64,000 nt of DNA, taken from the NCBI GenBank assembly GCA_965644265.1, contig OZ286477.1, positions 27,156,001-27,220,000 of the forward strand. Reading direction: 5' to 3'. Source of the DNA: Glycera tridactyla (lineage: Eukaryota). How positions within the stretch are numbered: position 1 is the stretch's first letter; every line of letters begins with the position of its first letter. Of the stretch, positions 12,480 to 25,184 are shown piece by piece. Made by a program: the position numbers and the translations under genes. The notes beneath the pieces are model-generated. The model searched no databases and was not told where the DNA came from. It worked only from the letters and a program-made list of their open reading frames with translations.

Positions 12480-12900
12480 GTATCATAACACCCATACCCA
12501 ACAGCTGTGAAGACTTACTCCCATTCTGTGTATTCATTCTCATGTATGCATCATTCGCACAAACCCTGGATACAAGATGACCAGTGGATGTTGCTCACAG
12601 TTCATACACATCTCTGTCTACATAAAAGGCCTTACGTGTGTGATATATCTCACGAGCCAGAGGATTATTCGACACAAAACAATCTTCAACATTGCCGGAA
12701 TGACTAAGGATGGTGAAGATTTCCTCGGCTTAATTTTGACTTTTTCATTGAGAACAATTTCCTCGGCATTTGCAATGAATTACATTGATTATGAATATGT
12801 GAGCCTCACCAATATTTCTTTGCTTGAAAATGTATCTAATGGCATCTATCCATCATCACCTTTCATTCATTATACGGTGTGTATAGCAGGATCCAATCCT
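12480..12900 (-). mobile_element. LINE RT relic, same family as 17451 and 25570
   Basis: 12549-12581 (CATCATTCGCACAAACCCTGGATACAAGATGAC) matches 17451-17483 at 28/33 nt. The minus frame gives SRVCANDAYMR versus FRVCVGDVCRR. Confidence 0.5.
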
Positions 12901-13151
12901 AATTAAACAACCAGAGAATGAATTGGATTCACTTGCAGACGTTGGCGCGATTTATTCCCGAGATTAACTGTAATAGGTGATGGAGAAATTAAGCGCTTCA
13001 TTTGTGCAATGATATATGCAATCATAGATATAAATGAGCAACTGGCTTGGAAGAATGACGACGAAATCCTGTTGTTTTGTCAGGACGCATGATGAATTGA
13101 AATAGGTGAGAACAAATGGTTGCTTATACAGACTTGGTGTAGTATATCATC

Positions 13152-13515
13152 CAGAGAGAGAGAGGAGGAAAGGATGAGAGAGAGAGGGCACAAAAGAGAG
13201 AACGAGAGAACGAGACAGACAGACAGACAGAAGGGGAGAGAAAAGGAGAGAACAAGATAGAGATAGAGAGAGGGGAGACCATGAAAAAATATTTTATTTT
13301 CCTTCATGGGGAGACAGACATACAGACTCACAGGCAGACTCACAGGCAGACTCACNNNNNNNNNNNNNNNNNNNNNNNNNNNNNNNNNNNNNNNNNNNNN
13401 NNNNNNNNNNNNNNNNNNNNNNNNNNNNNNNNNNNNNNNNNNNNNNNNNNNNNNNNNNNNNNNNNNNNNNNNNNNNNNNNNNNNNNNNNNNAGACATACA
13501 GACAGTCGAGAGAGA
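13152..13515 (+). repeat. (GA)n/(GACA)n microsatellite spanning the gap at 13356-13491
   Basis: Directly visible, with N-run 13356-13491. Confidence 0.95.
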
Positions 13516-13934
13516 TGCATTTAGTTGGTCAGTCAGTTGTGTAAAATGAATGCATCCGATAGCAATTCTTTCCGTCATTCAAACAATCTTTCTCAGTCTC
13601 CAGATGATGGAGATTTTTTGAAATTTCTAGGTCTGATATGGATGCAGTGTCCGATTAATACGGCAGCTATATAACATACAATGTCTAGCAAGAGAGTTGT
13701 CATTCTTTGGCCCGAAACAACAAGAGTCTGTCACCATGAGAAGTTTTGAATTGGTTTAGGGTGGCTATCCTGCTTTTATGGCATGATTCGTTTTATACGT
13801 TATTTCAAAAACGTGATCTATCTACTTCTCCACAGACGGAATACATTCTAAGGATTCATTTGAATAATATTGCCCAGGATTACCCTGTTTGTCAAACCGG
13901 AGCAGAGACAGGCGACAAAAATGATGGCGTTTAA

Positions 13935-14030
13935 AGGGTCACGTGACCTTCTCGTCCAATTGCATCGCGGGCGCGACTCTTGTCTGTTTCGCGCGCCTGC
14001 GCATTAGCCCGCCCCTCCATTATATTAATC
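13935..14030. promoter_or_regulatory. Dense promoter-type motif cluster
   Basis: GGTCACGTGACC (13937-13948), CCAAT (13956), TGCATCGCGGG (13961, ZNF143/SBS-like), GCGCCTGCGCA (13993, NRF1-like), GCCCCGCCCC (14007, GC box) and TTATATTAA (14021), all within about 95 bp of CpG-rich sequence. Confidence 0.6.
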
Positions 14031-14879
14031 ACCCCCGACAGTTGACGCACCCCGAGCAAGCTAGACCTGACCCTTATTGGTAACTAGGGTAATAGGGCGG
14101 CCCCGACAGTCTTTGTCGGTCATGCCTGACTGCACATTATAGTCATGCCCCAACGACTGAGATGATACGTCTCTGTCTGACTAGTGAGTTGACTAGATAG
14201 TGGGAGGGGTGAAGTGAATGATGGCTTTCGAATTGTCCTTTTATTCCCCAATCTGGTGGCTTTTTAGTGTTATGTCTCGAAGATGCATCTATTTAGGTCC
14301 CTCAAGACCAGTGGCTGCAGAATGCTCAACTGTAAGGGACCTGAAGGGTTTTTCTCATCACCGATGCCGGGACATCTCTATATAGCATTGCATTAGCTTT
14401 TGCGACGTGAAACTATCTACATCCAACCATTCCTCATCCATCCAAACAGGAGAGTCTGAATGTTTCATTGGTTTAGAAAGAACTAATCATCGTTGCATAT
14501 AGCCTAATCCTTTAGAGGACCCACATCTTGTAACTTGATGAGCTCTGCAACTGCAACCCAGCTATCTGGAAGAAAGCAAGCTGCTACTCCAGCCTGTCGA
14601 ACGAATTCTACTTCGTTAGATAATAGTTAGAATGTCAGAATGTTTAAATTCGTTTGTCTTGAGTTTGAGTCAAAGCAGTGTAAAGTGAAAAAAGATGAAC
14701 CGAACTTTCTCCTCTCCGATAGAGGTTTAACGACAAGGGAGATAGTAGGTCTTGGTAGGAAATCTATGTCTGCCTCTGTCTCGTCCATTGACATTGGAAG
14801 TATGTACCTAGTTCATGTTTCACGAAAGCACATACACTGGGCTAAGTCCTGACCAGTCCATCACTAAACGCTGCCCATA

Positions 14880-15480
14880 ATAGCAAAAGAGATACAACGA
14901 GGTTGTCTGTGTGGATAATACAATGCCTTTTGCTACACGAAATTACCATCAGTTTATTGGCGACCGGGGCAGGAAGTCTTGCTGGATGTCGATTGTTTGA
15001 CCCCCAGCATGTTGCTAGGGGTCACGCCAGAACGAGGTCATGCCCCATACAAGTTAAGGGAGGGTCGAACGAGCCATACTGCCAGCAGTCCGACATAGAA
15101 TTTCAAAGGCTTTGATTTGCATAAATATGACCTGGCCATATTGACTCGACCAGCCATTGGCAATAAACTTGATGTACTGCTTGCCTGCCTCTCCATCTCT
15201 GTGTTTTGCTCTCTTATTTATAGGTCTGGTCTGCGATGATATTTGTGAATAGAAAGACCGTTTCTATCCATGTGATTGCGTCACAAATATCGATTTGTGC
15301 ACCCACTAAGCAAGAAGTGGTGAGAATGAGTTCCATGATTCGGGTCCTCTATCTAGAGGGCCCTCGCACTGATAACGATACAATGTACAAAATCGATTCA
15401 TTCTTATGAGACCTGTTGAGGACTTTGAGAGTTTGGATTTTCTGAAAAGTTCCATACATTTATTGATGCATCTATTGCTG
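14880..15480 (-). mobile_element. Eroded Gypsy-like LTR retrotransposon pol fragment (RNase H end to integrase linker)
   Basis: One frame gives ELFRKSKLSKSSTGLIRMNRFCTLYRY (like IFKKPLSKAPPRLQRM.LRLQ.Y) and then RDGEAGKQYIKFIANGW (like D..L..LIK.I.NGWP). After a frameshift comes KPLKFY...LYGA*PRSGVTPSNM (like KPYW...LLYG.R.VIPS.M). No LTRs found. Confidence 0.45.
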
Positions 15481-16069
15481 CTTTTGTTCCCATGAATTCC
15501 TTTGAAGAATCTTAAGGATCCTTATGTCTGATTTTCATTCCGGTAGCATGAAGGACTTTATTTGACCTGGCTGACTTGGACCCATTGATCCCTTCACTTC
15601 CTGAAAATATTCCTTCAATGAATGTTGAATAAGAAACGTGCTTGACTCATTCAGTGAATCTCTAGTCATGGCAATACCTTGATGCACACTGAATAACAAA
15701 GCTCTGGTGGATGGTATGTGTCAATTTGTCTTCCTCCAAAGGTTCAAGTCAATTTACATATGCAACAATTAGAAAGCAAAAGAAATTCTGACCATAATCC
15801 CAATATCTCTTCAGTGGAATGCCTTTTTCGTATGAAATATCAGGAAATGGATCAGAGGATAGCAACAGTCTTTCACCCAAAAGGTGTAGTGTCATTAAAC
15901 CTGGGTAGGGACATCGTAATCTTGACAAGTTGATATCTCATTTTGCCACTAGGGGACTTCTCTGTAGATGAAAAACAGCAAGCCATTACTTCATGCTGTC
16001 ACAGCCATCATTTTCTAAAGACAGCATACGGTAGCAGCAGCATCTGTGCGTTCATTTTATCACAAAACC

Positions 16070-16540
16070 ACACCAGCCTTTGATCGATGAGTATTTCTCG
16101 GAGGCTTCTGGCCCTTGTGATGGAATGCTTCCTCATTTTAGCTTGCCCTTATGCGATGGCGACATTTAATCAGGCGAGAACAGCCATTAATTTCCAACAT
16201 GAAGCCTCGCTGATATGCAAAGCCTCTGAGCTCCAGCAGATTAGAAAAAGCGCCTATGGAAAGAAGCGGGCATCAAAGTCTGCGTGATAGTCATCGGCGA
16301 ATCGCATTTGAATATCGCCACTCTACAGCTTCTTGTTGAAGCCATCCGCCATCGGCTTGTATAGCCAGATAGCTGCATTAACCCTATTCTCACTGCAGAT
16401 CATCTCAACTCCATTTGACCATCGACAAGAACTCAATTGCGTCAAAAGTTTGAAAAATTCACAGATTGGGCACAGAATAACTCCATGCACGATCAGATAT
16501 CTCTCGATAGTATGTCACCTTCTATTCATAGTTGTGTAAG
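16070..16540 (+). mobile_element. Possible CR1/L2-type LINE RT relic
   Basis: ILTADHL followed by LRQKFEKFTDWAQNNSMH (like YADD...LQ..L..L..WA..N.M), in broken frames. Confidence 0.35.
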
Positions 16541-17387
16541 TGTGGATAGATTGAATGTGCCAGTTTGTAAAGATATGCATGGGGCGTGAGTTCATGTCTC
16601 AGCAGCGAAGGGTTAATCAACTTGAGCAAATAAAGATGTTTGGGGTTTTTGTACTGGGTGGATCAAAAGATTTAAGTCTTATTCTCTTTTCGTGAGGCTT
16701 GCTAATACATTTTCTGGTATTGGCCAGTCAATTATTTATTGGCTACCTAAACCAAACCACCCCTGATTGACCATACAATATGAAAGTAATCTTTGGGTCC
16801 AGTATTTTCCAAACCCTGTTCTTTATGTAGCTTCGCAAAAGGTAGCATCAGCAATATAGGTATAAGGCCATTTTGGTTTGCTAATAATTCTTGATCCCCT
16901 TATTGCATTGGATTATCCGGTTAATCCATCTTTGATCATCGTATTTATGGAACTAGATGAGAGTAATCCTGGCCTGTGGGCTGATGATTGTAGCCACATG
17001 TTCCTGAATTGGATTCGAATTCGGTTTCAGTTAGGTTCTTCTAGGGCATTTCAAATTAAGCTCAAGTGCAATGGTACCAGTGCTTGCCCTATTCTCATAT
17101 GCCCTCATATTTTGCCCCTTTGGCCCATTGACATTGCATATCATGGGTCGAATGTCCCAGCATCTTACTTCAAAGATATTGATGAATATGTGCCATGTGA
17201 GCCCAGCAATCTCTCGAAATATCTGAATCTCGGCTGATGATATGGATTACTCACTGCGAGAGCTTTGTTTCCTTGTTGACTATGTTGATGTTTACTTCAT
17301 CCACATTACTGGCCGCCCATTGTCAGAAAGTATACTCAATTTGTCATCACCTCTATACTAATCAAAATCTGTTTTTATCTGTTGTAG

Positions 17388-17410
17388 GTTCTCGAAAAAG
17401 GCCGGAGGAG
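17388..17410 (+). other. Candidate 23-nt micro-exon
   Basis: Branch-point-like TACTAAT (about 17357), pyrimidine tract CTGTTTTTATCTGTTGTAG, exon GTTCTCGAAAAAGGCCGGAGGAG and donor GAG|GTGAGT. Confidence 0.35.
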
Positions 17411-18309
17411 GTGAGTTGATTTTTGATGTTTTAGATGTATCTCCTGCACACATCACCCACACAAACCCTGAACACAAGATGACGAGGAACCTGATAGGTT
17501 GTCGAGTGGGAGTAGCAGACAGTTCAGGGAGGCCTCTGCCAATTCGATATCAATATAATGAACCTAAAGCTGGCTATGTGAATGGTTGGATTCTGGCACC
17601 TGCGCATAAGACCAAAACTCAAGTATTGAAAAAGTTCAATCAAGGAACCAGTTGCTCACACTGTCGGTGGTTGCAGTATATGAGACCAAATTGAACCAAT
17701 TAATCAGACCGTCAGTTGTTGCCACGTATTCATCGGCCTTATCCTGAGGTGATGAGTTGATGCCTGGGAAATCTTCCAAATTTGGCGGCAGAAAGCGCGG
17801 GAACCACGCTGCCAATGTGTTCTGCATTTTATTGGACGATTCCTCTTATGCAATCACCCATTTCAATTTGCATATTTATCGATTCAAATCACATTGCGCC
17901 CGAAGGATGCAAATCTTCATTAGGGTTCCGAGAAAGTGGTCACTGATGAGGGAGAGCCTTGCACTGCTGTATTTTGTCACAGTTACTCTACAATCACTAT
18001 AAATAAAGCTTTACGCTTGAGGTTGCTATGGAATTGGAATGAGACAGTTCCTGGCCATTCTAATGAGTAATCTAATGAATCAGTCCGCTCATTTCACTGT
18101 TCGAACATCCCTGATAGAAGTTAGAGACATGGTCATGATAGGGACCAGAAATTGCTGGTATCATGCAAGAACCATTTGAGAAGTGATATATTGATCAAAA
18201 TGATTTAACCAAGTTTGCTTTGAATGCAAATATTGATTGGGTCTGCCTCCGTGTGTTGAGCGTGCGTGCTTGCGTGCGTGCATACGTGTATGCGTGTATA
18301 CAGGTGTGG

Positions 18310-18505
18310 GTATATGGGTGGATGGATGGATTGATGGATGGATGGATGGATGGATGGATGGGTGGATGGGTGGGTGAGTGGGTGGGTGGTTTGTATATGG
18401 ACGGAGCGAAGAATGGGTGGATGGGTGAGTGGAACAGGTGGAATGGATGGATGGGTGGATGGATAAATGGATCGATGGATGTAGAGATAGAACGATGGAT
18501 GGATC
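18310..18505 (+). repeat. (GGAT/GGGT)n microsatellite
   Basis: Directly visible. It generates the HPSI-rich ORFs. Confidence 0.95.
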
Positions 18506-21249
18506 AAACTTTTCGAAACCAGGCTGTTTGAGCAGATCTAGCTTTGCAGAAGGAGATGGGTTTGTTTTTGAATCAGACACAGTGAAGGATGTGTAGTGAA
18601 AAGAGCCATGAATGAGTAGCGGCCCCAGGCTGGTGTTACTCCAAAAATATAACGGATGGAAATATGAGCAACATATTCTCTCAACAAAGTTTATCCGTCG
18701 ACCATGTTTGAGAGCGAAGAAAAACATTGCAATAGTTTCGAAGAACCTCCATGAACTGGTGGCCATAAATTGAGTAGCTGTCGGCCATTTCTGTCGACCG
18801 TGCTCAGCTGAAGGTTAGAAAGACAAGGTAGTAATGATGGGAGGGGCAGGTGCAGCGAGCTCATGATTTCCCTTCTCTAAGAATTTGCCTTTCAAGTCAG
18901 AATGCGGTCACTTGTCGGCCGTCAATAGGAAATTGGATTGGCGGTGAGCGTACACTGTGGGTTACCATTTAAGCCACTGGACACTTCAATCTTATCTGCA
19001 TTAAACATTTATTTCACCTGAAGATAGAGTGTCTTGGTGGCAAGCAGGGCCAGGTTGTGAGTCCTACCATACTGGAATCGTATGGTTCATAGTCTCCGTA
19101 TCCTCAACAAGTTCACCTGACTTCCCAACTGCATTCCTCAGCAGACCTGCTCAAGTTTGAACTTTTCTAGTCTTTCTTTGAACAATGGGTCAAGGGCACA
19201 GAGATGAAAGCATAAACTAAGACGAATGCATGAACCAAGCACAGATCTACACATCTTTCTGACTGAATAGTTGGCCCTTCTGGCACATGTATTTAAAAAT
19301 CATGGACTAGGTCTCGAAATGATGGAAAGTCTAGTGTTTATTGATTGTTATTGGGGACAAGAACATGTACCAGTGGAAACATAGTTGCTACCATCTATGG
19401 TTGGTTGACCCAGTGTAAGATGCAGGTACTTCTGCCAAATGGTTATCCACATCCGGGTCGAGTGGAGTGTCGGGGACAGAATTTCCACTGCTGCCTACAC
19501 ACGAACCTGACTGGTGTATCAGAGTGGCTAGGCGTTTTTGTATGCTCTACTTGAGTATGTTTGAAGATGTGAAAGTTATCTATCAAAATGTAACCAATGT
19601 AACCACAACTAGCATAGGGGCGGACAGGCAAAATAGAGCATTCTTCTCAGCCACAAGCCAGGAGTTCTACCTGAAAGACATAAGTTCTCAATATGCTGAT
19701 GTCCAATCAAATAATCCTGGCAACATCTGTGATGCCATTTGCATGTTCTTACTGCAAATGCATTTCGCAGGTGGCTGATTCCATGATCAATTGCCGACGT
19801 GAATATGGAAATGTTCCACTCTTTTCCAAAAGCTAGCAATATTCCCTGTCTATTCCATCTCAATAGACAGGGTGTTTCCAATGGAATCCTGAAATTCCAT
19901 AGACAGAACTCAAGTGAACTGCGTGATTTATTATGCATGCTTTGAAGTGTTCGGGGGTATTTCTATATAAGTGCAATTTGAGGTTTATATGGATATTTCC
20001 GCCCTTGCACAAGGCAGATTGGGTTGCCAATGTAATTAACGGGTGCGAGCGATCCCTACGTGTATAACATGACCTGGTGACCCCGATGGGGTGGGGTGGG
20101 GGCATGTGTGAGGGGGAGGGAGGGTGGGAAGGAGGGAGGGAGGGGTGGCCTAGCTGGGAATTGATGTGATGGATGTGTTTTGGAACCCGCGCCCAACATC
20201 CAACTAAACCAATTTCACCGTATGCTTCGAAAACACCGAAAATGTGTAAGAAATGTTACCACATAAGCAACGGGAGTCGCAACATAAGAGGTGCTGAACT
20301 GTATCAAGTTTGGGCTCTTCAATCCATATGGTACGTGTGCGTAATGTCTTTCAGAAGAATCGGCCGTTTCCGGAAGTTCTCGGGTGATTTCGGATTCTGA
20401 CAGCATTTTGCACCATGCATACGTAATGTGAGCTTCATTAACACTATTCCTGACATGCTGTCCTCGCTAGAACACTCTAGATTTATGTCAAATTCTTCAC
20501 CACCTGAAACGGTTGAACCTATCATCAGGGGCTGTGATACTCTAATTCATGATTGACAGTTTCAATAAAGTTTCGAAATCAAGAACAATCAATACCATGA
20601 ATGGATGTCATTGATTGCTTCGATTTGAATACCACGGATGTCATATCGCGCCTTCCGACGTTCCCCATGACGATCATATTTGCTGACATACGACTATTTC
20701 TGGTCAACGTTGCTGCATTTGCCATGTTTACTTCATCAGTATAGCATTTTACTAACTATACGATACCCATGCAGACGGTATGGAAAATACTTTTTTTTTA
20801 AATCTACAAGAATAACGAAACCTCTTTGGATTGATGAATATAGACAATAAGGAGACATGCAGACAGAAGATGGAATGCATTTAATGGTGCATGTGGACTC
20901 CAGATCGAATATGCTCTGATCCATCACTAGAGGCGCTCTGTGCAAGTTTTTCACCTAGCGGTGAAGACCTCCATCATTCCACCCGGAAGTCAGATATAAT
21001 GGCTGAATAACCAACCATTCCTCTCGATTGCGTCCAATTTATTAGCTATTACCAGTGATATTTCTTCAAGGGTCTTTATCAAGAACGCAATTACAAAATT
21101 ATGAGGAATTCGCATGTCGACGCATTTTGGTTGATAATGGATTACTGCAAATGAGCATGGCATTTGAATTTGGCGCCTATTTAAGCTTTGGAACAACTTA
21201 TGTAGGTGGTTGATTTTAGAAGGAAATTGCGTGAAAGAAAGAGTCAGTG

Positions 21250-21950
21250 TTGATCGATCGCTGGCGGTATGTTGCGGGCTTTCGCTGCACGTGGTTCATC
21301 AATAAATGTCAATAACGGTTTGCAAGATTTGGACAAAATCCGATCCCACCGAGTCGACCGAACCGGTGGAAAACAAACCGAGGTAGTTGTCCGCTACAGA
21401 ATCACCTTGGGAACCGAACATCGAGATGTTATCCGCGCGCTCATTGGCTACTGCGCACCACGTGATGCAGCGGGGCATACTGGGAGTTTGCGAGCGCGCG
21501 TGCGGCGCGTTGTAATGGCCGCGGCGGCATTCATTTCGAGCGGTTCGCCGTGGCGGGAAGATCGATCGTTTTGGCCGTGTGTAGCCTTGACAACGGCGAT
21601 GAACGCTGTCGGCATATTGCAAGCCGCGCCTCGGCGCTGCAATTGAAGCCCCGAATAAAAACGATCGGGAGCTTCTTCTCTGTGCGTTATGGGCGTGTGT
21701 GGTAGTCGAGCAGTCAAGCAAGCGTGTGATTACAGGGCAGAATTTGCCATCCGTCTTCACACTGTATATACTATGCCGAACCTCATATGTGGCGTCCTAT
21801 TTTTTATTTCTCTTGGCAGTCACCAAATGACCAGCAGTACATCCATACACATCTGTGGAGCCATTCATTCTGTCATTGTGATGCTGAAAGACGGACTCCT
21901 CGCGTGGGTTTCCCCTGGTCAAAAACAGCACGAGTATTTGTCAACTGTCA
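21250..21950. promoter_or_regulatory. CpG-rich island-like segment with CCAAT box and E-box
   Basis: Visibly high CpG/GC against the AT-rich background, with ATTGG (21443), CACGTG (21459-21464) and GCGCGCG runs. Confidence 0.5.
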
Positions 21951-22024
21951 CCAGAAAAAAACAAGTGTCATTTCCATTATTTTTGTGACCATCCTTTTTG
22001 AAGGTCGCTGCAGAATTAACGTGC

Positions 22025-22545
22025 TTAAAGACACAGTATTCAAGCCATAAGCCAACTTCAAGATGCAGAAAGACACAGTATTCACCACATGAAACAACTC
22101 CAACGTGCAGAATGACACAGTTATCAACCCATAAACGAACGTCAAGGTGCAGAAAGACACAGTATTCAGCCAATAAACAAATTTCAAGGTGCATAATGAC
22201 ACAGTATTCACCCCATAAAACAACTTCAAGGTGCAGAATGACACAGTATTCAGCCAATAAAACAACTTCAAGGTGCAGAATGACACAGTATTCAGCCCAT
22301 AAAACAACTTCAAGGTGCAGAATGACACAGTATTCACCCCATAAAACAACTTCAACATGCAGAATGACACAGTATTCATCCCACAAAACAACTTCAACGT
22401 GCAGAATGACACAGTATTCACCCCATAAAACAACTTCAACGTACAGAACGGCACAGCATTTTGCCCAAAAGTCACATGCAACGTGAAGAAATACACAATA
22501 TTAACAAACTTAATGTGCAGAGACACAGTATTCAGCCCATTAGTC
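22025..22545 (+). repeat. 42-bp minisatellite, about 13 units
   Basis: GACACAGTATTCA recurs every 42 bp from 22030 to 22492. Consensus AAAACAACTTCAAGGTGCAGAATGACACAGTATTCAGCCCAT. Confidence 0.97.
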
Positions 22546-23065
22546 AAATTCAACATAATGGAATATGACTTCAAATGTGCATATGCTCCTCACGTGCTCC
22601 TAAACTACAGCGACCATACATGAATCTTGCTACAGTCAAACCCGCACAAAAAGTCATCTTGCAAAAAAGGCCACATGCCTAGAGAGTCACCCTGAATTTA
22701 TGTTTCGATTATACTGTGAATCCAGCCAAAGGTCTAACTCCAGGGTATGTACGTGTTGTCGTCGCTGTTGTTGTTGTTGTTGTTAGTGTTGTTGCTGCTG
22801 TTCTTGGTGGTGGTGAAGAAATAGATTGCTTGAGAATGAAATATACTTGCCTGTCTTAAAAAGCCTTTTGGTAGCATTTCTCAGGGGTATGAGTGACAAC
22901 TTACACATGACAATCTCTCTGGTTCATCATCATCTTGTGTACAGGGTTCATGAGAGTGTAGCCTGTAGGAGGCAGAACAAACAGTTTTCACACATTAAGG
23001 GCACATGCCATATACAATCCGTTGGGTTGATATACATGTATGCTGATTGAATCAACTTGATTCAT

Positions 23066-23140
23066 TCTAACCAACCTACCAACCAACCAACCAATCAATC
23101 AACCAACTAACCAACCATCCAATCAATCAACCAATCACCC
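23066..23140 (+). repeat. (CAAC/CAAT)n microsatellite
   Basis: Directly visible. Confidence 0.9.
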
Positions 23141-23394
23141 TACTGATAGAGTTTGACATGCTGCTTGTTAGATATTCAGGGATTTTGCTTTGACACATTG
23201 TATTCACAGACCATGATCAAACTATGACTGATGTACCAGTAATACCCCACGATACTCCCAATACAAGTTGCTTGTTTCCAACAGAATTAACAAATTATCA
23301 TTGGCTGTATTTTTTCGAAATATTGGAAGCTAGATGTGAAGCACTTTTGAGATCACAAGTAGTCCCTTTCTGTCTTGAGATGCCCGACTCTACC

Positions 23395-23485
23395 ACACGG
23401 TGGCGCTGTTCAATGTGATATCAGCGTCAAGGCGCATGCGCTAGGGGGCGGGTGAGTTCCCACAATTGTCGCAAGGGGCGGGCAT
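23395..23485. promoter_or_regulatory. NRF1, GC-box and CTCF-like motif cluster
   Basis: Perfect GCGCATGCGC (23432-23441) overlapping CGCTAGGGGGCG (CTCF-core-like), with GC boxes at 23444 and 23475, followed by GTGAGT. Confidence 0.45.
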
Positions 23486-24025
23486 CTCACCACCCGCGGG
23501 CCAGTAGATTTGTGCAGATTCCTATTCGTGACAAGCCTGGCCCCTCCTGCGAAATGATGTGTTCGATATGCATTTGAAGAACTCGATTTCCAGTTCGATT
23601 CCACATCGTCACAAACATTTCTCCTGTAATGATGAATGCCAACTTTTTGACAGCTTTTTGAGGGAAAACTTTGGAAATGAATAAATAGAGAGAGATATTG
23701 AAATTATGAGATAAAAGATGCCTTCATAAAGACAGACCCCAAACACTTTCCACGTAATTTATATATCGATGTCCAAAATTTCATTTATGAAACTAGGGCT
23801 ATATTTCACATGATAGCGAGTTCAAAGTGACCATTGGATGTGTATTTGAGAGGTCAGAATTTCATTGCAAAGGATAGTCTTTTTCTCGAGTCCCATCACT
23901 GACATATTTACGCTCATACGGACACACGAACACAAACAGGTTCAACTTCATCATGGATGTAAGCATGGATTGCTACCATCTATGCAATCACTCTCAATCA
24001 GTCAATCATCCGATCACTCTCTCAC

Positions 24026-24026
24026 C

Positions 24027-24091
<65 letters not shown>

Positions 24092-24960
24092 ACAAACGCA
24101 CACACACACTCGATGAATGGTCACTCATTCACTTATNNNNNNNNNNNNNNNNNNNNNNNNNNNNNNNNNNNNNNNNNNNNNNNNNNNNNNNNNNNNNNNN
24201 NNNNNNNNNNNNNNNNNNNNNNNNNNNNNNNNNNNNNNNNNNNNNNNNNNNNNNNNNNNNNNNNNNNNNNNNNNNNNNNNNNNNNNNNNNNNNNNNNNNN
24301 NNNNNNNNNNNNNNNNNNNNNNNNNNNNNNNNNNNNNNNNNNNNNNNNNNNNNNNNNNNGCACTCATTCAATCACTCATTCAATCACTCCCTCACTCATT
24401 CACCCACTCACTCTCTTATCACTCATTCAATCCTTCACTCACTCACTCAATAATGCATTCAGAAACCCAGGAAATGTTCACTCAGTAGCATACAATTCGG
24501 CAACTCATTGAATCTCACTCAAATATTCGTTCACCAGNNNNNNNNNNNNNNNNNNNNNNNNNNNNNNNNNNNNNNNNNNNNNNNNNNNNNNNNNNNNNNN
24601 NNNNNNNNNNNNNNNNNNNNNNNNNNNNNNNNNNNNNNNNNNNNNNNNNNNNNNNNNNNNNNNNNNNNNNNCACCCACACATTCACTCACTCACCCACTG
24701 ACCGACGCCGATTGTTATTCATTAATTCTGATTCATTCATTCAATCAATCCCTGGGTATGTTTACACAAAACACACACTAACCACCATACCACTTACCCA
24801 CTCACTCGGTAACTCAAACTGTCATTCATTTGCCGACTCATACACCAACCCACTCATCACATTCTTTGTCATGCCTCTTCCTTCACTCACTCGCCCATTC
24901 ACTCACTCATTCACTCACTCAACCACTCACTCATTCAATCGCTCAATCCCTCAATCCCTC
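24026..24960 (+). repeat. (CA)n and (CACT/CATT)n simple repeats with gaps at 24137-24359 and 24538-24671
   Basis: Directly visible, with two N-runs. Confidence 0.95.
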
Positions 24961-25173
24961 AGTTCCCAATTGCTCTCTTAAACATACATGTATATAAGAA
25001 GTCAGACACGTGCAGCAAGATGGCACCGTATTTCGCAATTTATCCATTCTCACGGAAATTCGCTCTCAACAACAACTTAATGATGTGAGTCAGCACAGGC
25101 CTGCTCACACCTCCCAAATTGCTGAGAGAAATTGTGCATTCTCTAGGGTGATCAGGTCGTGAGCGGGTACACA

Positions 25174-25184
25174 TGCGCATGCGC
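25174..25184. promoter_or_regulatory. Perfect NRF1-type palindrome
   Basis: TGCGCATGCGC followed by GCGCGTAAGG. Confidence 0.3.

Larger units (their letters stand above)
16800..18900 (-). mobile_element. Eroded LINE ORF2 relic (endonuclease to RT to C-terminus), interrupted by a microsatellite
   Basis: In the expected order on the minus strand: DRNGRQLLNL (about 18790, APE endonuclease N.NG..LL motif), QG..S..(L)FRVCVGDVCRR (about 17490, RT QG..SP.LF region), YRGDDKL and NIVNKETK, then TIALELNL and KYDDQRWINRI (about 16900-17060). Confidence 0.45.

Noticed and set aside
13935-14200. Promoter cluster as the 3' LTR of the Gypsy-like relic
   Set aside because: No second LTR copy, TG...CA boundaries or correctly oriented polypurine tract was found.
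15224-15319. Plus-strand exon-like segment with GLVCDDICE, reminiscent of the SRCR G.VCDD motif
   Set aside because: That frame stops immediately, the open frame has no recognisable domain, and the region is better explained as the antisense of the Gypsy-like relic.
21820-21935. HICGAIHS resembling the trypsin HICGG motif
   Set aside because: The rest of the serine-protease signature (IVGG, TAAHC) is absent.
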